Shown here: positions 28,816-39,323 of the stretch, in pieces | How positions within the stretch are numbered: the first letter of the stretch is position 1 | Layout of the letters: each line of letters starts with the position of its first letter | NCBI GenBank assembly: GCA_047602425.1 | Contig: JASGHG010000001.1 | Coordinates: 4,928,001 to 4,992,000 of the forward strand | From: Nibricoccus sp. | Lineage (GTDB): Bacteria > Verrucomicrobiota > Verrucomicrobiia > Opitutales > Opitutaceae | Direction of reading: 5' to 3' | Length of the DNA: 64,000 nucleotides | The notes under the pieces: generated by a model | Databases searched by the model: none | What the model saw: the letters and a program-made list of their open reading frames with translations, nothing else | What the model was told of the DNA's origin: nothing | Position numbers and translations under genes: made by a program

Positions 28816-30393
28816 CTAGAGCGTAAGTTCGAACGCCGAGAAATCGGCCGCGCCTTTTGGCGCACCGCCAGCCGCCGCGGAGGCGAAAAGGCCGACTTTG
28901 GCTCCCACCCACATACTGCTGGTGGCTTTGAAGATCCCACCGAAGCGCTTAAACGTCTCGCCATCGGAGCTGAAAGAAAATTCGTAGCCCGCGCCCGGAT
29001 TCACATGCACGCGCAAAAAAATCGACGCGATGTCCACAGGCTGTTCGGCAAGATCTTTTTCGAGTCCGCCTTTTTGGGCCTGCTCACAGCCGCGAATGAC
29101 CAACTTGATTCCATCGGCATGCTTGACCAAACCAAGCCAGGCATAGTCGTAACCGAAAACCATCAAACCGGCGGAATCGTTCTCACTGATTGGACGAAAT
29201 TGAATGCAAACGGTCGCCGTGAAAGCCGGCGCGGGAAACTTCTGCATGAGCAGATGCGCCGCATTCCAGTGCGAGTCAGGTGCAGGCTGTGGCACGCACC
29301 GCAAGGTGAGCACACCCGCCTCCGCGTTGATCGTGGCCCAATCCGCTTTGGGATTGGCCTGCCACTGCCATTGCGCGGCGAGTTTGTCCCCTGTGAAATC
29401 GTCCGACATCGCGGGCACGGCGAGTCCTTGCGCGGGCAAAGCCGGTTTTTTGTACATAACCACCGGTTCCCCCCGTTCATCGCCGTCGGGATCAATGCCG
29501 ATCACCGGCCAGTCGTTTTCAAGCCAGCGCATGGGTTGCAGATGCACAACGCGTCCGTAGGCGGGCAATTCCTGAAAATGGAAAAACCAGTGTTCGCCCT
29601 CCGCGGTCTCGACCCACGCGCCCTGATGCGGGCCGTTGATCGCGGTGCCGCCGCGATCCATGACGTTCCGCGCCTCGTACGGTCCGTCGATTTTTCGCGA
29701 ACGGAAAACCGCTTGGTAGCCCTCGGCTACACCACCGGCGGGAGCGAGAACATAGTACCAGCCGTTGCGCTTGTGAAATTTCGGGCCCTCGATCGTGTGC
29801 CAGCCCGGCATCTTGTTGCCGTCGATGATAACTTTTCCCTCGTCGACCACACGCGTGGCGTCGGCCGACAGTTTGTGTACGGTCAGCTGGTTGTTGATGC
29901 CGGAGCGGCTGCGCGCCCAGCCGTGCACAAGGTAAACCTGGCCGTCGTCGTCCCAGAGCGGGCACGGGTCGATCAGGCCTTTGCCGGCTTTGACCATGAT
30001 CGGATCGGACCAGCGGCCGCGGGGATCGTCGGTCGTGATGACGTAGATGCCGAAATCCGGATCCGGATAAAAGATCCAAAACTTGCCCGCGTGGTGACGG
30101 ATCGACGGAGCCCAGACGCCCTGGCCATGGCGTGGTTGCGAAAAATGCTCCTGTGGCACGAGCGCCGGCAAGGCATGGCCGACGAGCGTCCAGTTGACGA
30201 GGTCGCGCGAATGCAAGATTGGCAGGCCGGGCGCGTGGCTGAAACTCGACGCCGTCATCCAAAAGTCGCCCCCCACCCGCACGACGTCGGGATCGGAATA
30301 ATCGGCGAAGAGAACCGGATTGCGGTAGTGGCCATCGCCGCAATCGGCGGTCCAGGGGATGTTGTGCACAGATGGTAGCGTCTGCGTGGTCAT
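28816..30393 (-). CDS. GH43 beta-xylosidase/arabinofuranosidase with C-terminal beta-sandwich
   Basis: NPVLFADYSDPD, GVWAP, IDPCP, EGPK, PHQG, WQWQAN. Start set at MTTQT; no signal peptide. Confidence 0.92.
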   Translation of the reverse strand: MTTQTLPSVHNIPWTADCGDGHYRNPVLFADYSDPDVVRVGGDFWMTASSFSHAPGLPILHSRDLVNWTLVGHALPALVPQEHFSQPRHGQGVWAPSIRHHAGKFWIFYPDPDFGIYVITTDDPRGRWSDPIMVKAGKGLIDPCPLWDDDGQVYLVHGWARSRSGINNQLTVHKLSADATRVVDEGKVIIDGNKMPGWHTIEGPKFHKRNGWYYVLAPAGGVAEGYQAVFRSRKIDGPYEARNVMDRGGTAINGPHQGAWVETAEGEHWFFHFQELPAYGRVVHLQPMRWLENDWPVIGIDPDGDERGEPVVMYKKPALPAQGLAVPAMSDDFTGDKLAAQWQWQANPKADWATINAEAGVLTLRCVPQPAPDSHWNAAHLLMQKFPAPAFTATVCIQFRPISENDSAGLMVFGYDYAWLGLVKHADGIKLVIRGCEQAQKGGLEKDLAEQPVDIASIFLRVHVNPGAGYEFSFSSDGETFKRFGGIFKATSSMWVGAKVGLFASAAAGGAPKGAADFSAFELTL

Positions 30394-30409
30394 GAAGAGG
30401 AAAAGGGAA

Positions 30410-31372
30410 TCAAGGATTTGTTGCGGCGGGATGCCAGTCATCATTTCCGGCGAGGACTTTTTCGGCGGTAAACGCGGCAGCTTCTTCGGCCGTGAGCTGT
30501 TTGGCCCAGGGCACGCGTTTTGCGGTATCGGCCCCGCTGCCGGTGTTGGCATGTTCGGCATAGCGGGCAGTCTGCTCGTTGGCCGGCTTGCCCCAGTTGT
30601 GCCAGCCCTCGGGGCGGACGACGTCGGACATTTCGCAGTTCAGGAAAACCGTCATCGCATGCGGGCGCCAGGGGCGGCCCAGGAGCGTGCGCACATCGGG
30701 CTTCGCGCCAACGATTTTGCAATGCGAAAAAATCAGCCCGTAAGGCTGGTCCTGCGGCGTGGAGGCCGCGGTGATGTAGTTGCCGCCATCGATGCGGATT
30801 GTGCAATGGTCGAAATACGATGTACCCGCGCCAAAAATAAAATCCGTCGCACCGGCAATCAGGCAATCCTTGAAGTAGTGGCGGCCGCGGTTGACGAGGA
30901 CCGTGTCCTGCCAGCCGAGAAAATGGCAATTGCGGAAGACAACGCGATCGCCATCCACCCGCACGGCGAGGGCCTGGCCCACGGGACCGGCGGCATTCTC
31001 AAGCGTGAGATTTTCCACCACGAAGTCGTCGGCATCGATATAGACGGTGGCCGTGCGAAACGTGCCGATCGGCTTGCCGTCGGGCCCGAGGGTCTTTGCG
31101 GAGAGCGACGCGGTGATTTTGGTCGTCTCGGCATTTTCGCCGACGAGCCGGATGCGGCCGCGTTCGCGCTGCACATAGACTACTTCGGAGTACGTGCCGG
31201 GTTTGATCAGGATCGTCCAATATTTGCCGGCAGGAATCGGTTGTGGAGCAGCGGCTATGGCGTCTTGCACTGATTTGAACTGACCGGAGCCGTCGAGCGC
31301 AACCACGGCATCGGCGGCGGAAAGTCGCGCCGCAAGGCCGAGCAATAGAAAGATGAATGCGTGGAGTTTCAT
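30410..31372 (-). CDS. Pectin methylesterase (CE8)
   Basis: Signal peptide; GTYSE, QALA, GWQDT, DFIFG, LGRPW. Confidence 0.95.
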   Translation of the reverse strand: MKLHAFIFLLLGLAARLSAADAVVALDGSGQFKSVQDAIAAAPQPIPAGKYWTILIKPGTYSEVVYVQRERGRIRLVGENAETTKITASLSAKTLGPDGKPIGTFRTATVYIDADDFVVENLTLENAAGPVGQALAVRVDGDRVVFRNCHFLGWQDTVLVNRGRHYFKDCLIAGATDFIFGAGTSYFDHCTIRIDGGNYITAASTPQDQPYGLIFSHCKIVGAKPDVRTLLGRPWRPHAMTVFLNCEMSDVVRPEGWHNWGKPANEQTARYAEHANTGSGADTAKRVPWAKQLTAEEAAAFTAEKVLAGNDDWHPAATNP

Positions 31373-31380
31373 CGGTAAAA

Positions 31381-32277
31381 TCAGTTGGCGGACGGCAGCC
31401 AGCCGTTGAAACGCATCCACTCCTCGGCGCGAAGCGGCCATTTGGCGGTTGGGCCGTATTGCGGATCAAGGCTGTCGCCATGCGAGCCCTTGCCGTAGAC
31501 GTGCATCTCGGCGGGAACCTTCGCGTCGCGCAGGGCCTGATAGAAGTGCAGCGAATTTTCGACGGGCACCGAAGTGTCGGCCATCGTGGCGGCGAGAAAT
31601 ACGGGTGGCATGTCCTTCCGCGCGTGTCTTTCCAGCGAAAGGCGATCGATAAGTTCTGGCGATGGGTTCGGCCCGAGAAGATTTTCGCGCGAGCCTTTGT
31701 GTGTGCGGCTGGCGTCCATCGTGATGACCGGATAAACGAGGATCACGAAATCGGGCCGTGCATTTACGGCGTCAATTGGATCGCCGGACTGGCCGGCCGG
31801 ATCGTCCCAAAACGTCGCCGCGCTCGCCGCCACATGTCCGCCGGCGGAGGCACCAAACACACCGATGCGCTCAGGCTTTATGCCGAAGTCCGCCGCGCGC
31901 GAACGCACGATGCGGATGGCGCGCAACACATCGAGCAGCGGCGCGGGATGGAGAGTTTTCACGCGGTATTTCAAAACAAAGACGGTCACACCGAGGGCAT
32001 TGAAAAACTGCGTTTCGGGTCCGCCATTTTCGCCAATGTAAAGATGCCGGTAGCCACCGCCGGGGCAAAGGATGAGCGCGGTGCCATTGGACTTCGCCGG
32101 AGTGTAAACGGTGAGAGTCGGGTTGTGGACTGCGACGATGCGGTTATTGGCGATTTCGTCTGGTCCGGCATTGGCCAGGGCCGGCCAAAGTGGAATCACG
32201 AGAGGCTCACCGGCGCGCGCGGCCAGCGCCGGGCATAGCGCGAGAGTAAAGAGAAACGTGGCGAATGCGTTTCTCAT
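31381..32277 (-). CDS. Exported alpha/beta-hydrolase carbohydrate esterase (BD-FAE/pectin acetylesterase-like)
   Basis: Signal peptide; PGGGY, GASAGG, RPDF..LVYPVI, DTSV, GSHG. Confidence 0.85.
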   Translation of the reverse strand: MRNAFATFLFTLALCPALAARAGEPLVIPLWPALANAGPDEIANNRIVAVHNPTLTVYTPAKSNGTALILCPGGGYRHLYIGENGGPETQFFNALGVTVFVLKYRVKTLHPAPLLDVLRAIRIVRSRAADFGIKPERIGVFGASAGGHVAASAATFWDDPAGQSGDPIDAVNARPDFVILVYPVITMDASRTHKGSRENLLGPNPSPELIDRLSLERHARKDMPPVFLAATMADTSVPVENSLHFYQALRDAKVPAEMHVYGKGSHGDSLDPQYGPTAKWPLRAEEWMRFNGWLPSAN

Positions 32278-35200
32278 TTTTTCGAGAGCGGTTTCAGATC
32301 CGGCCCGAGCACCAGAGATTCACCGGCCTTCGGCTGCAACCTGACGGCGGCCGTTCCGGCGCGAAGATTGACCGGGTTGCCCAGGAGCGATTTGAGCGTA
32401 AGTGAGACCAGTTTTCCCTCGCGCCAGGTGAAGCTGAGTTCAAAGCCGCCGCGAGCGCGCAGGCCGGTCACCGAACCGCTCGCCCAAGCCGATGGGAGCG
32501 CGGGCAACAAAACGATTTCGTCGAGATGACTTTGAACAAGCATTTCGCAAATTCCGGCCGTTGCGGCAAAATTTCCGTCGATCTGAAAAGGCGGATGGGC
32601 ATCGAAGAGATTCGAGTACGTTCCCCCGCCTTTCGTATAAACCAGTTCGGCGCTCGATGGAACAAAGCGCAGTTGCTGCTGGAGCATGCGCCAGGCGTGG
32701 TCGCCATCGAGAAAACGGGCCCAAAAGAGGATTTTCCAGCCCAGCGACCAGCCGGTGCCGTCGTCACCGCGGAAGAGCAGCGATTTTTTGGCGGCGGCAA
32801 AAAGTTCGGGTGTTTGCGGCCGGATTTCATGCCCGGGATAAACGCCCCAGAGATGCGAGGTGTGGCGATGCGTGTTTTTGGGATCGTCGATGTCCTGCAT
32901 CCATTCCTGCAACTGACCGTGTTTGCCGATTTGGTTCGGCGCGATTTGATCACGCAGTTTCCAAAGCTGAGCGGCAAAATCCGCATCGATCTTCAGGGTT
33001 TCCGCCGCAGCGGCGGTGGAAGCAAACAGCGCCCGGATGATCTGATGATCCATCGTCGGTCCCATCACAAGACCACCTTGTTCGGGCGAATTCGACGGGC
33101 CGCTGATCAGCCAGCCGGTTTTCGGATCCCGCACCAGATAATCGACGAAGAAAAGGGCCGCTTCGCGCATGATCGGATAGGCGCGCTTGGCCAGAAATTC
33201 CCGGTTGCCGGTGAATAGATAGTGTTCCCAGAGGTGGCGGCAGAGCCAGGCGCCGCCGGTGGGCCAGATGCCGTGGTTGGAGGCGTTGATGGGTGCGGTG
33301 CCGCGCCAGAGATCGGTGTTGTGGTGCAAAACCCAACCACGGGCGCCGTAGTGAGCGCGCGCCGTTTCACGCCCGCTAACGACAAGATCGTCGAGCATCG
33401 ACCAGAGCGGCTCGGTGCATTCGCTGAGGTTCGCAACCTCGGCAGGCCAATAGTTCATCTGGAGATTGATATTGGTTGTGTATTTGCTGCCCCACGGAGG
33501 ATTTGTGCGGTCGTTCCAGATGCCTTGAAGATTGGCGGCCTGATCGCCCGGACGGCTGCTCGCGATGAGGAGATAACGACCGTAGTTGAAAAGAAGCGCA
33601 GCGAGCTGGGCGTCGGCGGTTTTGTCGGCGGCCTGCATGCGAATGTCGGTCGGTTGCGCCACGGCGGAGGTGGCGCCGAGATCGAGGGTCACCCGACGAA
33701 AAAGAGCGCGATGATCGGCTTGGTGGCGGGCCAGTAGTTCGTCATAAGAACGCGCGGCGGCGGCCTGCATGGCGGCGATGGCAAGGGCCTCGGGATCGGC
33801 GCTGACGTCGCGGAAATTTTTGTAGTTGGTCGCGGCGGTCACGAGCACGGTGGCGGTGTCGGCTTTGTCGACCATGATGCCGGCTGGCGTCACACTCACA
33901 GAACCGGCTTGGGTGAGCACGCGGACGACGGCGGCGAACTTCAACCCATCGCCAGCAACGCGACCGGTGACGAGCAGCGTGTTGTCGTCGATCGCGCGGG
34001 CATACGTGCCGCCGTGCGGACAGGCAAGGCGCAGCGCAAAACTCAGGCGGCCCGTGTCGTTCGTGGCGATGCGCTGAACGAGCACCTGATCAGGCTGACT
34101 GGAAAAGGCGGTGCGAGTGTAAACCACGTCGCCGACCGAATAGTGCACGGTCGAGAGTGCAGCATCGAGATCGAGTTCGCGACGGTAGTTGGCTGCATTG
34201 TCGTGACCCTTGAATTGAAGCAACAGGTCGCCCAGCGGCTGGTAGGCTTCCTGGCGGAGCGGCACGCTCATGAACTCGCGCATGGCGAGATCTTCGGCCG
34301 CTTTTTGTTTTCCCTCGGCGAGCAACTGGCGGATTTCGGGCAAAAACTTCACCGCTCCCTCGTGCTGATAGGCGTGGGGCAGACCGGTCCAGAGACTGTC
34401 TTCGTTGAGCTGCAGGCGCTCTTCCGCAATCCCGCCAAAAACCATGGCGCCAAGCCGCCCGTTGCCGATCGGCAGCGCTTCGGTCCAGGCGCTGGCAGGC
34501 TGGCGATACCAAAGGGTTAGAGGCTGCGCCGGGGCGGGTTCGCTGGACGCCGAAGGAACTTCGACAGGGAAACCCGGCTTGCCGTCCAAAACATTGCGCA
34601 GCCAGGCAATCATCCGCGCGTCGTGGTCAGCGGAGGTTTTGCTCCACTCCGTGAGGCGATGGGGCGCACCGGGAATGATCAAAAGATCGCAGGGCACGCT
34701 GTTGGCGCGGAGACGAGCCTGAAAGTTAAGAGTCTGCTGGAGCGGAACAGTCTTGTCGGCTTCGCCATGCAGAATCAGGAACGGCGGATGATTCCCCTTG
34801 GATTGGATGTGGTGAATGGGTGCGGTTTCGCGCAGGATCTTCAACGCCTCGGGCGTGACGTCTTTGGTGAGGCCGTGGAGATTTTGCAACGCAAGGCCGA
34901 TGCCGCCGCGGGTCGGCAATTCCTGCTCAAAATCCGTGACTGGGGCGTATCCGACCGCGGCCTGAACGCGGGTGTCGTCGTTGGTTTGCAGCGCAGCGAG
35001 CAACGCAAGATGTCCACCAGCGGAATGGCCAAAAATCGCAATGCGTTTCGGGTCGCCCTTGAACTCGGCCGCGTGGGCTTTGACCCAGCGAATGGCGGTC
35101 TGCACGTCGTCGAAGCACGCGGGCCAGCGGTGCTGCGGCGCGAGGCGGTAATTGATGGAAAACCACGTGAATTTCGCGGCCGTCAACGGCCCAAACCACG

Positions 35201-35435
35201 GGCTGATGTCCGCGCCGCTGCCGGGTTTTTCCGCGCCCTTTTTATCTCCACTTCCCCAACCACCGCCATGCACCAAGATGGCGATCGGGAAGGTCCCCTC
35301 GCCTTCCGGGATGTTCGCATCGAGCAGCAGCGGAACATCGCCCGCGCGGCCATACTCGATATCGGCTTTGAATTCCGCGCGCAAAACGGCGGCACAAGCA
35401 AAAGCAAAGGCGAAACGGAGGAAAATTTTGAGCAT
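32274..35435 (-). CDS. Fusion of an alpha/beta-hydrolase esterase and a GH95 alpha-L-fucosidase/L-galactosidase
   Basis: Signal peptide; HGGGW, GHSAGG, DKTV, PH; then LWY..PA..W.EALPIGNGRLG, GRYLLIASSR, NINLQMNYW, HRHTSHL, HPPFQIDGNF. Start 35435 or 35453. Confidence 0.9.
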   Translation of the reverse strand: MLKIFLRFAFAFACAAVLRAEFKADIEYGRAGDVPLLLDANIPEGEGTFPIAILVHGGGWGSGDKKGAEKPGSGADISPWFGPLTAAKFTWFSINYRLAPQHRWPACFDDVQTAIRWVKAHAAEFKGDPKRIAIFGHSAGGHLALLAALQTNDDTRVQAAVGYAPVTDFEQELPTRGGIGLALQNLHGLTKDVTPEALKILRETAPIHHIQSKGNHPPFLILHGEADKTVPLQQTLNFQARLRANSVPCDLLIIPGAPHRLTEWSKTSADHDARMIAWLRNVLDGKPGFPVEVPSASSEPAPAQPLTLWYRQPASAWTEALPIGNGRLGAMVFGGIAEERLQLNEDSLWTGLPHAYQHEGAVKFLPEIRQLLAEGKQKAAEDLAMREFMSVPLRQEAYQPLGDLLLQFKGHDNAANYRRELDLDAALSTVHYSVGDVVYTRTAFSSQPDQVLVQRIATNDTGRLSFALRLACPHGGTYARAIDDNTLLVTGRVAGDGLKFAAVVRVLTQAGSVSVTPAGIMVDKADTATVLVTAATNYKNFRDVSADPEALAIAAMQAAAARSYDELLARHQADHRALFRRVTLDLGATSAVAQPTDIRMQAADKTADAQLAALLFNYGRYLLIASSRPGDQAANLQGIWNDRTNPPWGSKYTTNINLQMNYWPAEVANLSECTEPLWSMLDDLVVSGRETARAHYGARGWVLHHNTDLWRGTAPINASNHGIWPTGGAWLCRHLWEHYLFTGNREFLAKRAYPIMREAALFFVDYLVRDPKTGWLISGPSNSPEQGGLVMGPTMDHQIIRALFASTAAAAETLKIDADFAAQLWKLRDQIAPNQIGKHGQLQEWMQDIDDPKNTHRHTSHLWGVYPGHEIRPQTPELFAAAKKSLLFRGDDGTGWSLGWKILFWARFLDGDHAWRMLQQQLRFVPSSAELVYTKGGGTYSNLFDAHPPFQIDGNFAATAGICEMLVQSHLDEIVLLPALPSAWASGSVTGLRARGGFELSFTWREGKLVSLTLKSLLGNPVNLRAGTAAVRLQPKAGESLVLGPDLKPLSKK

Positions 35436-35458
35436 GGGATGAGCGAGGGGCATTGGTC

Positions 35459-36880
35459 TTAGCGAGCCTGCTGGCCCAAGCGCGGAACAAGAAGTTGGAT
35501 GGCGAGGAGGGAGATCAGGTACATGCCGGCAAAATAGCCGAAGACGAGCAGGTAGCCGCTGGAATCGGGAGTCAGTCCCATCAGTTGAACACTGTTGGTC
35601 TTGGTATATTGAAGAATTTGTCCGGTAAACCCGTTCACAAAACCGCCGGTGAAATAAGCGACGAAGCCGCCAAGCCCGACCACGGAGCTGATCGTTTCCT
35701 TTGGCATCGTGTCGCCGACGATCGAAAACAAGTTCGCCGACCATCCTTGATGGGCCGAGCCGGCGAGTCCCACGATCAATACCGCCAGCCAGACCGTTCC
35801 GGCAAATGGCGCAAGGAAAACGGGAACCACGGCTAAGGCACAAATCAACAGCGAAACCTTCCGCGCGGAGTTAACCGTCCAGCCTTTGCTCATCAGCTTG
35901 CCGGCCAGCCAGCCACCCGCCACGCCGCCAACCGCCGCGAGCGCGAAAAAGGCCCCTGTCCACCAACCGGTGGCCTGGGTATTGAGTTGAAAACGTTTCC
36001 CGAGAAAATCGGGTACAAAAAATTGATAAAAGCCCCAGGCCGGCCCGGCGAAAATACTAGCCAGCACGTAAGCCCAAACCGGGCGGTATGCGAGCAGCGA
36101 CAACCACGGCACTTTGACCTTCTTCTCCTCCACCTGCGGCTGCCCGGACTTGATGTAGGCGAGTTCGCCGGAGGAAAGTTTTTTGTGCCTTTCGGGCGCT
36201 TCGTAAATCCACCACCACACCGTGACCCAGACAAAACCCGAGGCTCCGGTGATGTAGAACGTCGATTCCCAACCAAGATGTTGATACAACCACGGCACGC
36301 CAATCGGGCAAACAATCGCGCCGACATTCGTGCCGGCGTTGAACAGGCCCGTGGCCAGCGCCCGCTCTTTCACCGGATACCATTCGGCGACGGCCTTGAT
36401 CGCCCCGGGGAAATTTCCGCCTTCGGTCAGACCCAGCGCAATGCGCGCGAGCATGAACCCCGCCGCCGTCATCGGCAAAGACATCGTGGCGACAGCGAAG
36501 GCGCCATCCACCCATTTGAACCACGGCATTGAGAAGTGCGCTTGCACATCGATCAAACCGCAGAGGCCGTGCGACAAGGCCGCAAAACTCCAGGCGATGA
36601 CGAAGATCGGCAGGCCTTTCTTCACCCCCCAACGATCCATCAACCGTCCGCCAAAAAGATAGCCGAACGCGTACGCAAAAGAAAACGCTGCCGTGATCCA
36701 CCCGTAGTCCGCGTCAGTCCAGCCAAGCTCGCGGCATAGATCCTTTTTCAAAATCGCCAACACCAACCGATCCAGATAATTAACGGCGACCGAGAAGAAT
36801 AGCAGGCCGCAGATAATCCAACGAAAATTGCCCGGCGACTTCACGGTCGCTGGGACATTGGCAGGGATGGGTTGACTCAT
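35459..36880 (-). CDS. exuT: MFS hexuronate transporter (ExuT-like)
   Basis: RWIICGLLF..VNYLDR, EGGNFPGAIKAVAEWYP..ERALATGLFNAG, AHQGWSANLF. Confidence 0.82.
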   Translation of the reverse strand: MSQPIPANVPATVKSPGNFRWIICGLLFFSVAVNYLDRLVLAILKKDLCRELGWTDADYGWITAAFSFAYAFGYLFGGRLMDRWGVKKGLPIFVIAWSFAALSHGLCGLIDVQAHFSMPWFKWVDGAFAVATMSLPMTAAGFMLARIALGLTEGGNFPGAIKAVAEWYPVKERALATGLFNAGTNVGAIVCPIGVPWLYQHLGWESTFYITGASGFVWVTVWWWIYEAPERHKKLSSGELAYIKSGQPQVEEKKVKVPWLSLLAYRPVWAYVLASIFAGPAWGFYQFFVPDFLGKRFQLNTQATGWWTGAFFALAAVGGVAGGWLAGKLMSKGWTVNSARKVSLLICALAVVPVFLAPFAGTVWLAVLIVGLAGSAHQGWSANLFSIVGDTMPKETISSVVGLGGFVAYFTGGFVNGFTGQILQYTKTNSVQLMGLTPDSSGYLLVFGYFAGMYLISLLAIQLLVPRLGQQAR

Positions 36881-37056
36881 GGAACGGAGGTTTGCGAGGG
36901 GTTGAAGCAGAGACTGCGTGGCCTGAAAGAACGACAGACCGAAACGATTAGGACACGAGTGCGACCATCACAAGGCGCAATTGCCGTGGCGCAATCAACG
37001 CCTCGCGCACATCGTTGACTACTACGTAGGCAGAACCATTTCGCACCCCGGCGACT

Positions 37057-38094
37057 TCACAGCGGTGTCAGCAACGTCGTGCCATCACGCCAATCGCCCG
37101 AAAGCAAAACTTCGTGCGGATCATCAGGTACGCCACGCTCGCTGCGGTGCAAAAGGCCGACCAACATTTCCACCGCCAGTTCTCCGAGCTTTTCCGCGCT
37201 GCCATTGACGCCGGCATGGCCGTACTCCGGATGATCGTTCACCAGCGTCGCCAACCCGACGTCGGCCGGCACCTGAAGCCCGGCCTCCTTCAACCATTGA
37301 ATCACCGGCAAAGCATGCGTCACCAACAGCGCATCCGGTTTGTTTTTCTCGTACCATTCGTGAAACACGGAAGACAATTTGGGTCCTTCCTCGAAAAAAA
37401 ACGGAGGCACGCGGTCGCCGGGCTTGAACCGAAGCTGTTGCTGAAGATAGGCACCTAACCAACGCTCACCGACACGCGGGCTGTCATTGGCATCGGAAAA
37501 GACGAAGCCCACGCGTTTGTATCCGCGTTGGATCAATTGCTCCATGGCCGCGCTTGCGCTGGAATAATAGTCCTCGGCCACGCGATGCAGCACCGGGTCG
37601 CGCAACGTCATGCCGAGCGCGACACAGGAAAATTTCTGCCAGAGCAAATCCATCGATTGTTGGCCCGGGGGAAGGCGCCCAATCAGCAAGCCATGAATAC
37701 CACGGGCATAGAGAATTTCGCAGAAACGCTCCTGGGTCATGCCACGCTCGCCAAGCCAGAAATGCTCCAGTTTATAACCAAGTTCCTGCGCCCGCACCGC
37801 CGCGCCGGGAAAATAATCCGGCCGGTCGTGATATTGCGGCTTCCACCCCCAGCGCGTCGGATAGTTCGTCACGTAGGCCAGCACGAGATGTCCGGAGGAG
37901 CGGCCGGTGCGGCGCGACTGCATGAGTGCGGCGATCAGCGGATTCACCCGGTAGCCGAGCTTGACCGCCATGGCCTTCACCTGCTTGCGCACGTCTTCCG
38001 AAATGCGCGGATGATCGCGCAGCGCGAGCGAAACCGTCGAGGGATGCACGCCGAGTTTTTTGGCGATATCTTTGAGGTTCGGTTTTTCAGGCAT
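37057..38094 (-). CDS. LacI-family transcriptional regulator
   Basis: HTH LKDIAKKLGVHPSTVSLALR, LGYRVNP; C-terminal ligand-binding fold. Confidence 0.9.
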   Translation of the reverse strand: MPEKPNLKDIAKKLGVHPSTVSLALRDHPRISEDVRKQVKAMAVKLGYRVNPLIAALMQSRRTGRSSGHLVLAYVTNYPTRWGWKPQYHDRPDYFPGAAVRAQELGYKLEHFWLGERGMTQERFCEILYARGIHGLLIGRLPPGQQSMDLLWQKFSCVALGMTLRDPVLHRVAEDYYSSASAAMEQLIQRGYKRVGFVFSDANDSPRVGERWLGAYLQQQLRFKPGDRVPPFFFEEGPKLSSVFHEWYEKNKPDALLVTHALPVIQWLKEAGLQVPADVGLATLVNDHPEYGHAGVNGSAEKLGELAVEMLVGLLHRSERGVPDDPHEVLLSGDWRDGTTLLTPL

Positions 38095-38119
38095 GGCGGC
38101 GGGGCAATATGAAAGGGTT

Positions 38120-39289
38120 TTATCCGGATGTCATCCGGCTGGTGCGCATTTTTTCGCGATACGCGTAGGGTGTCTGGCCGGTTTCGCGTCGAAAGGCGGT
38201 GCTGAGATAACTGGCGTTCAGAAAACCGGCGAGTTCGGCGATGACGGCGATCGAAAGATCCGTGTCGATCAGGAGGTTTTTCGCGCGTTCGATCCGGCGA
38301 TTGACAATATGCTGGTGCGGCGAGTGTCCAAGCAAGGCTTTGAAACGGCGGTCGAAAAGCGTGCGCGACACCGGCACCGCGCGTAGAACGTCGCTCACGT
38401 CGATGCCGTCGCACGCGTGTTCGGTGATGTAGCGAAGCGCCGCGGCAATTTTCGGATCGGAAACAGCCGAGGCGTCGGTGGATTGCCGCTCGACCACACG
38501 AATGGGTTCGATGTAGTGCGTTTGCGAAGCGAACCTTTCGCCATGCATCAAGCGCGAGAGTCGCGCGGCCGCCTCATACCCGGTCAATCGGGCGTTGGGC
38601 AGTACGCTGGTGAGCGGCGGATTGCAGAGCTGGCAGAGGACCTCGTCGTCGTCGACGCCGATCACGGCGACGTCGTCAGGCACCGCCAGACCGCAAAGTT
38701 GCGCCGCTTCGAGCACTTGGAGCGCACGATTGTCGTAACAGGCAACAATGCCCACCGGCCGCGGCAGCCCCTGCAACCAACGGGCGATGCTGCGCAGTTC
38801 CGAATCGGAGCCCTGGCTGTCCGCGGCGGGCTCCTTGTAGATACGATTTGGTTTAGTTTCGGCCGCCATCACGCGGCGAAACTCGTCCGCGCGTTGCCGC
38901 GACCAGATGAAACGCTTGTCGCCAATAAAGGCGAAATGGCGAAGACCCTTGTCCTTGAGATGCGCAAGCGCCAGCCGCGTCACTGCCGCATTGTCGATGC
39001 TCACACGGGGAAATTCCGACGAAGGCCGGTCGGCGCTGACGTCCACCACCGGGATTTTCGCACGCCGCAAAACGGTCGCCGCCTGCGCGGAATCCACACG
39101 CGCGATGATGCCATCGCCTTCCCAATCCGCCAGCCAGCCCGGCAACGAGGCTCTTCGGGCTTGTTCGGTAAAGCGAATGGACCATTTTTCGCCGCTCTTC
39201 TGCACCCAGTCGCGCACACCGTACAACAAGTCGCGGCCGTAACGATTCGACGTCTCGATCAGCAACGCGACTTTGTGGACTTCCGGCAT
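38120..39289 (-). CDS. xylR: XylR-type regulator (LacI-like sensor plus AraC HTH)
   Basis: DGIIAR, VPDDVAVIGVD, RQSTD, YITEHACDGI, C-terminal AraC helices; adjacent to xylAB. Confidence 0.88.
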   Translation of the reverse strand: MPEVHKVALLIETSNRYGRDLLYGVRDWVQKSGEKWSIRFTEQARRASLPGWLADWEGDGIIARVDSAQAATVLRRAKIPVVDVSADRPSSEFPRVSIDNAAVTRLALAHLKDKGLRHFAFIGDKRFIWSRQRADEFRRVMAAETKPNRIYKEPAADSQGSDSELRSIARWLQGLPRPVGIVACYDNRALQVLEAAQLCGLAVPDDVAVIGVDDDEVLCQLCNPPLTSVLPNARLTGYEAAARLSRLMHGERFASQTHYIEPIRVVERQSTDASAVSDPKIAAALRYITEHACDGIDVSDVLRAVPVSRTLFDRRFKALLGHSPHQHIVNRRIERAKNLLIDTDLSIAVIAELAGFLNASYLSTAFRRETGQTPYAYREKMRTSRMTSG

Positions 39290-39323
39290 AAAATGGAGGG
39301 CGATGCGTCCCTGCCGAGCCGCC

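Noticed and set aside
30394..30561. N-terminal extensions in the ORF track (GH43 into CE8; also the GH95 fusion into the MFS gene, xylB into xylA, the LolA-like gene into secG, YeeE into its partner)
   Set aside because: They overlap neighbouring genes. Downstream ATG/GTG starts give proper family N-termini or signal peptides, so these are not real fusions or frameshifts.
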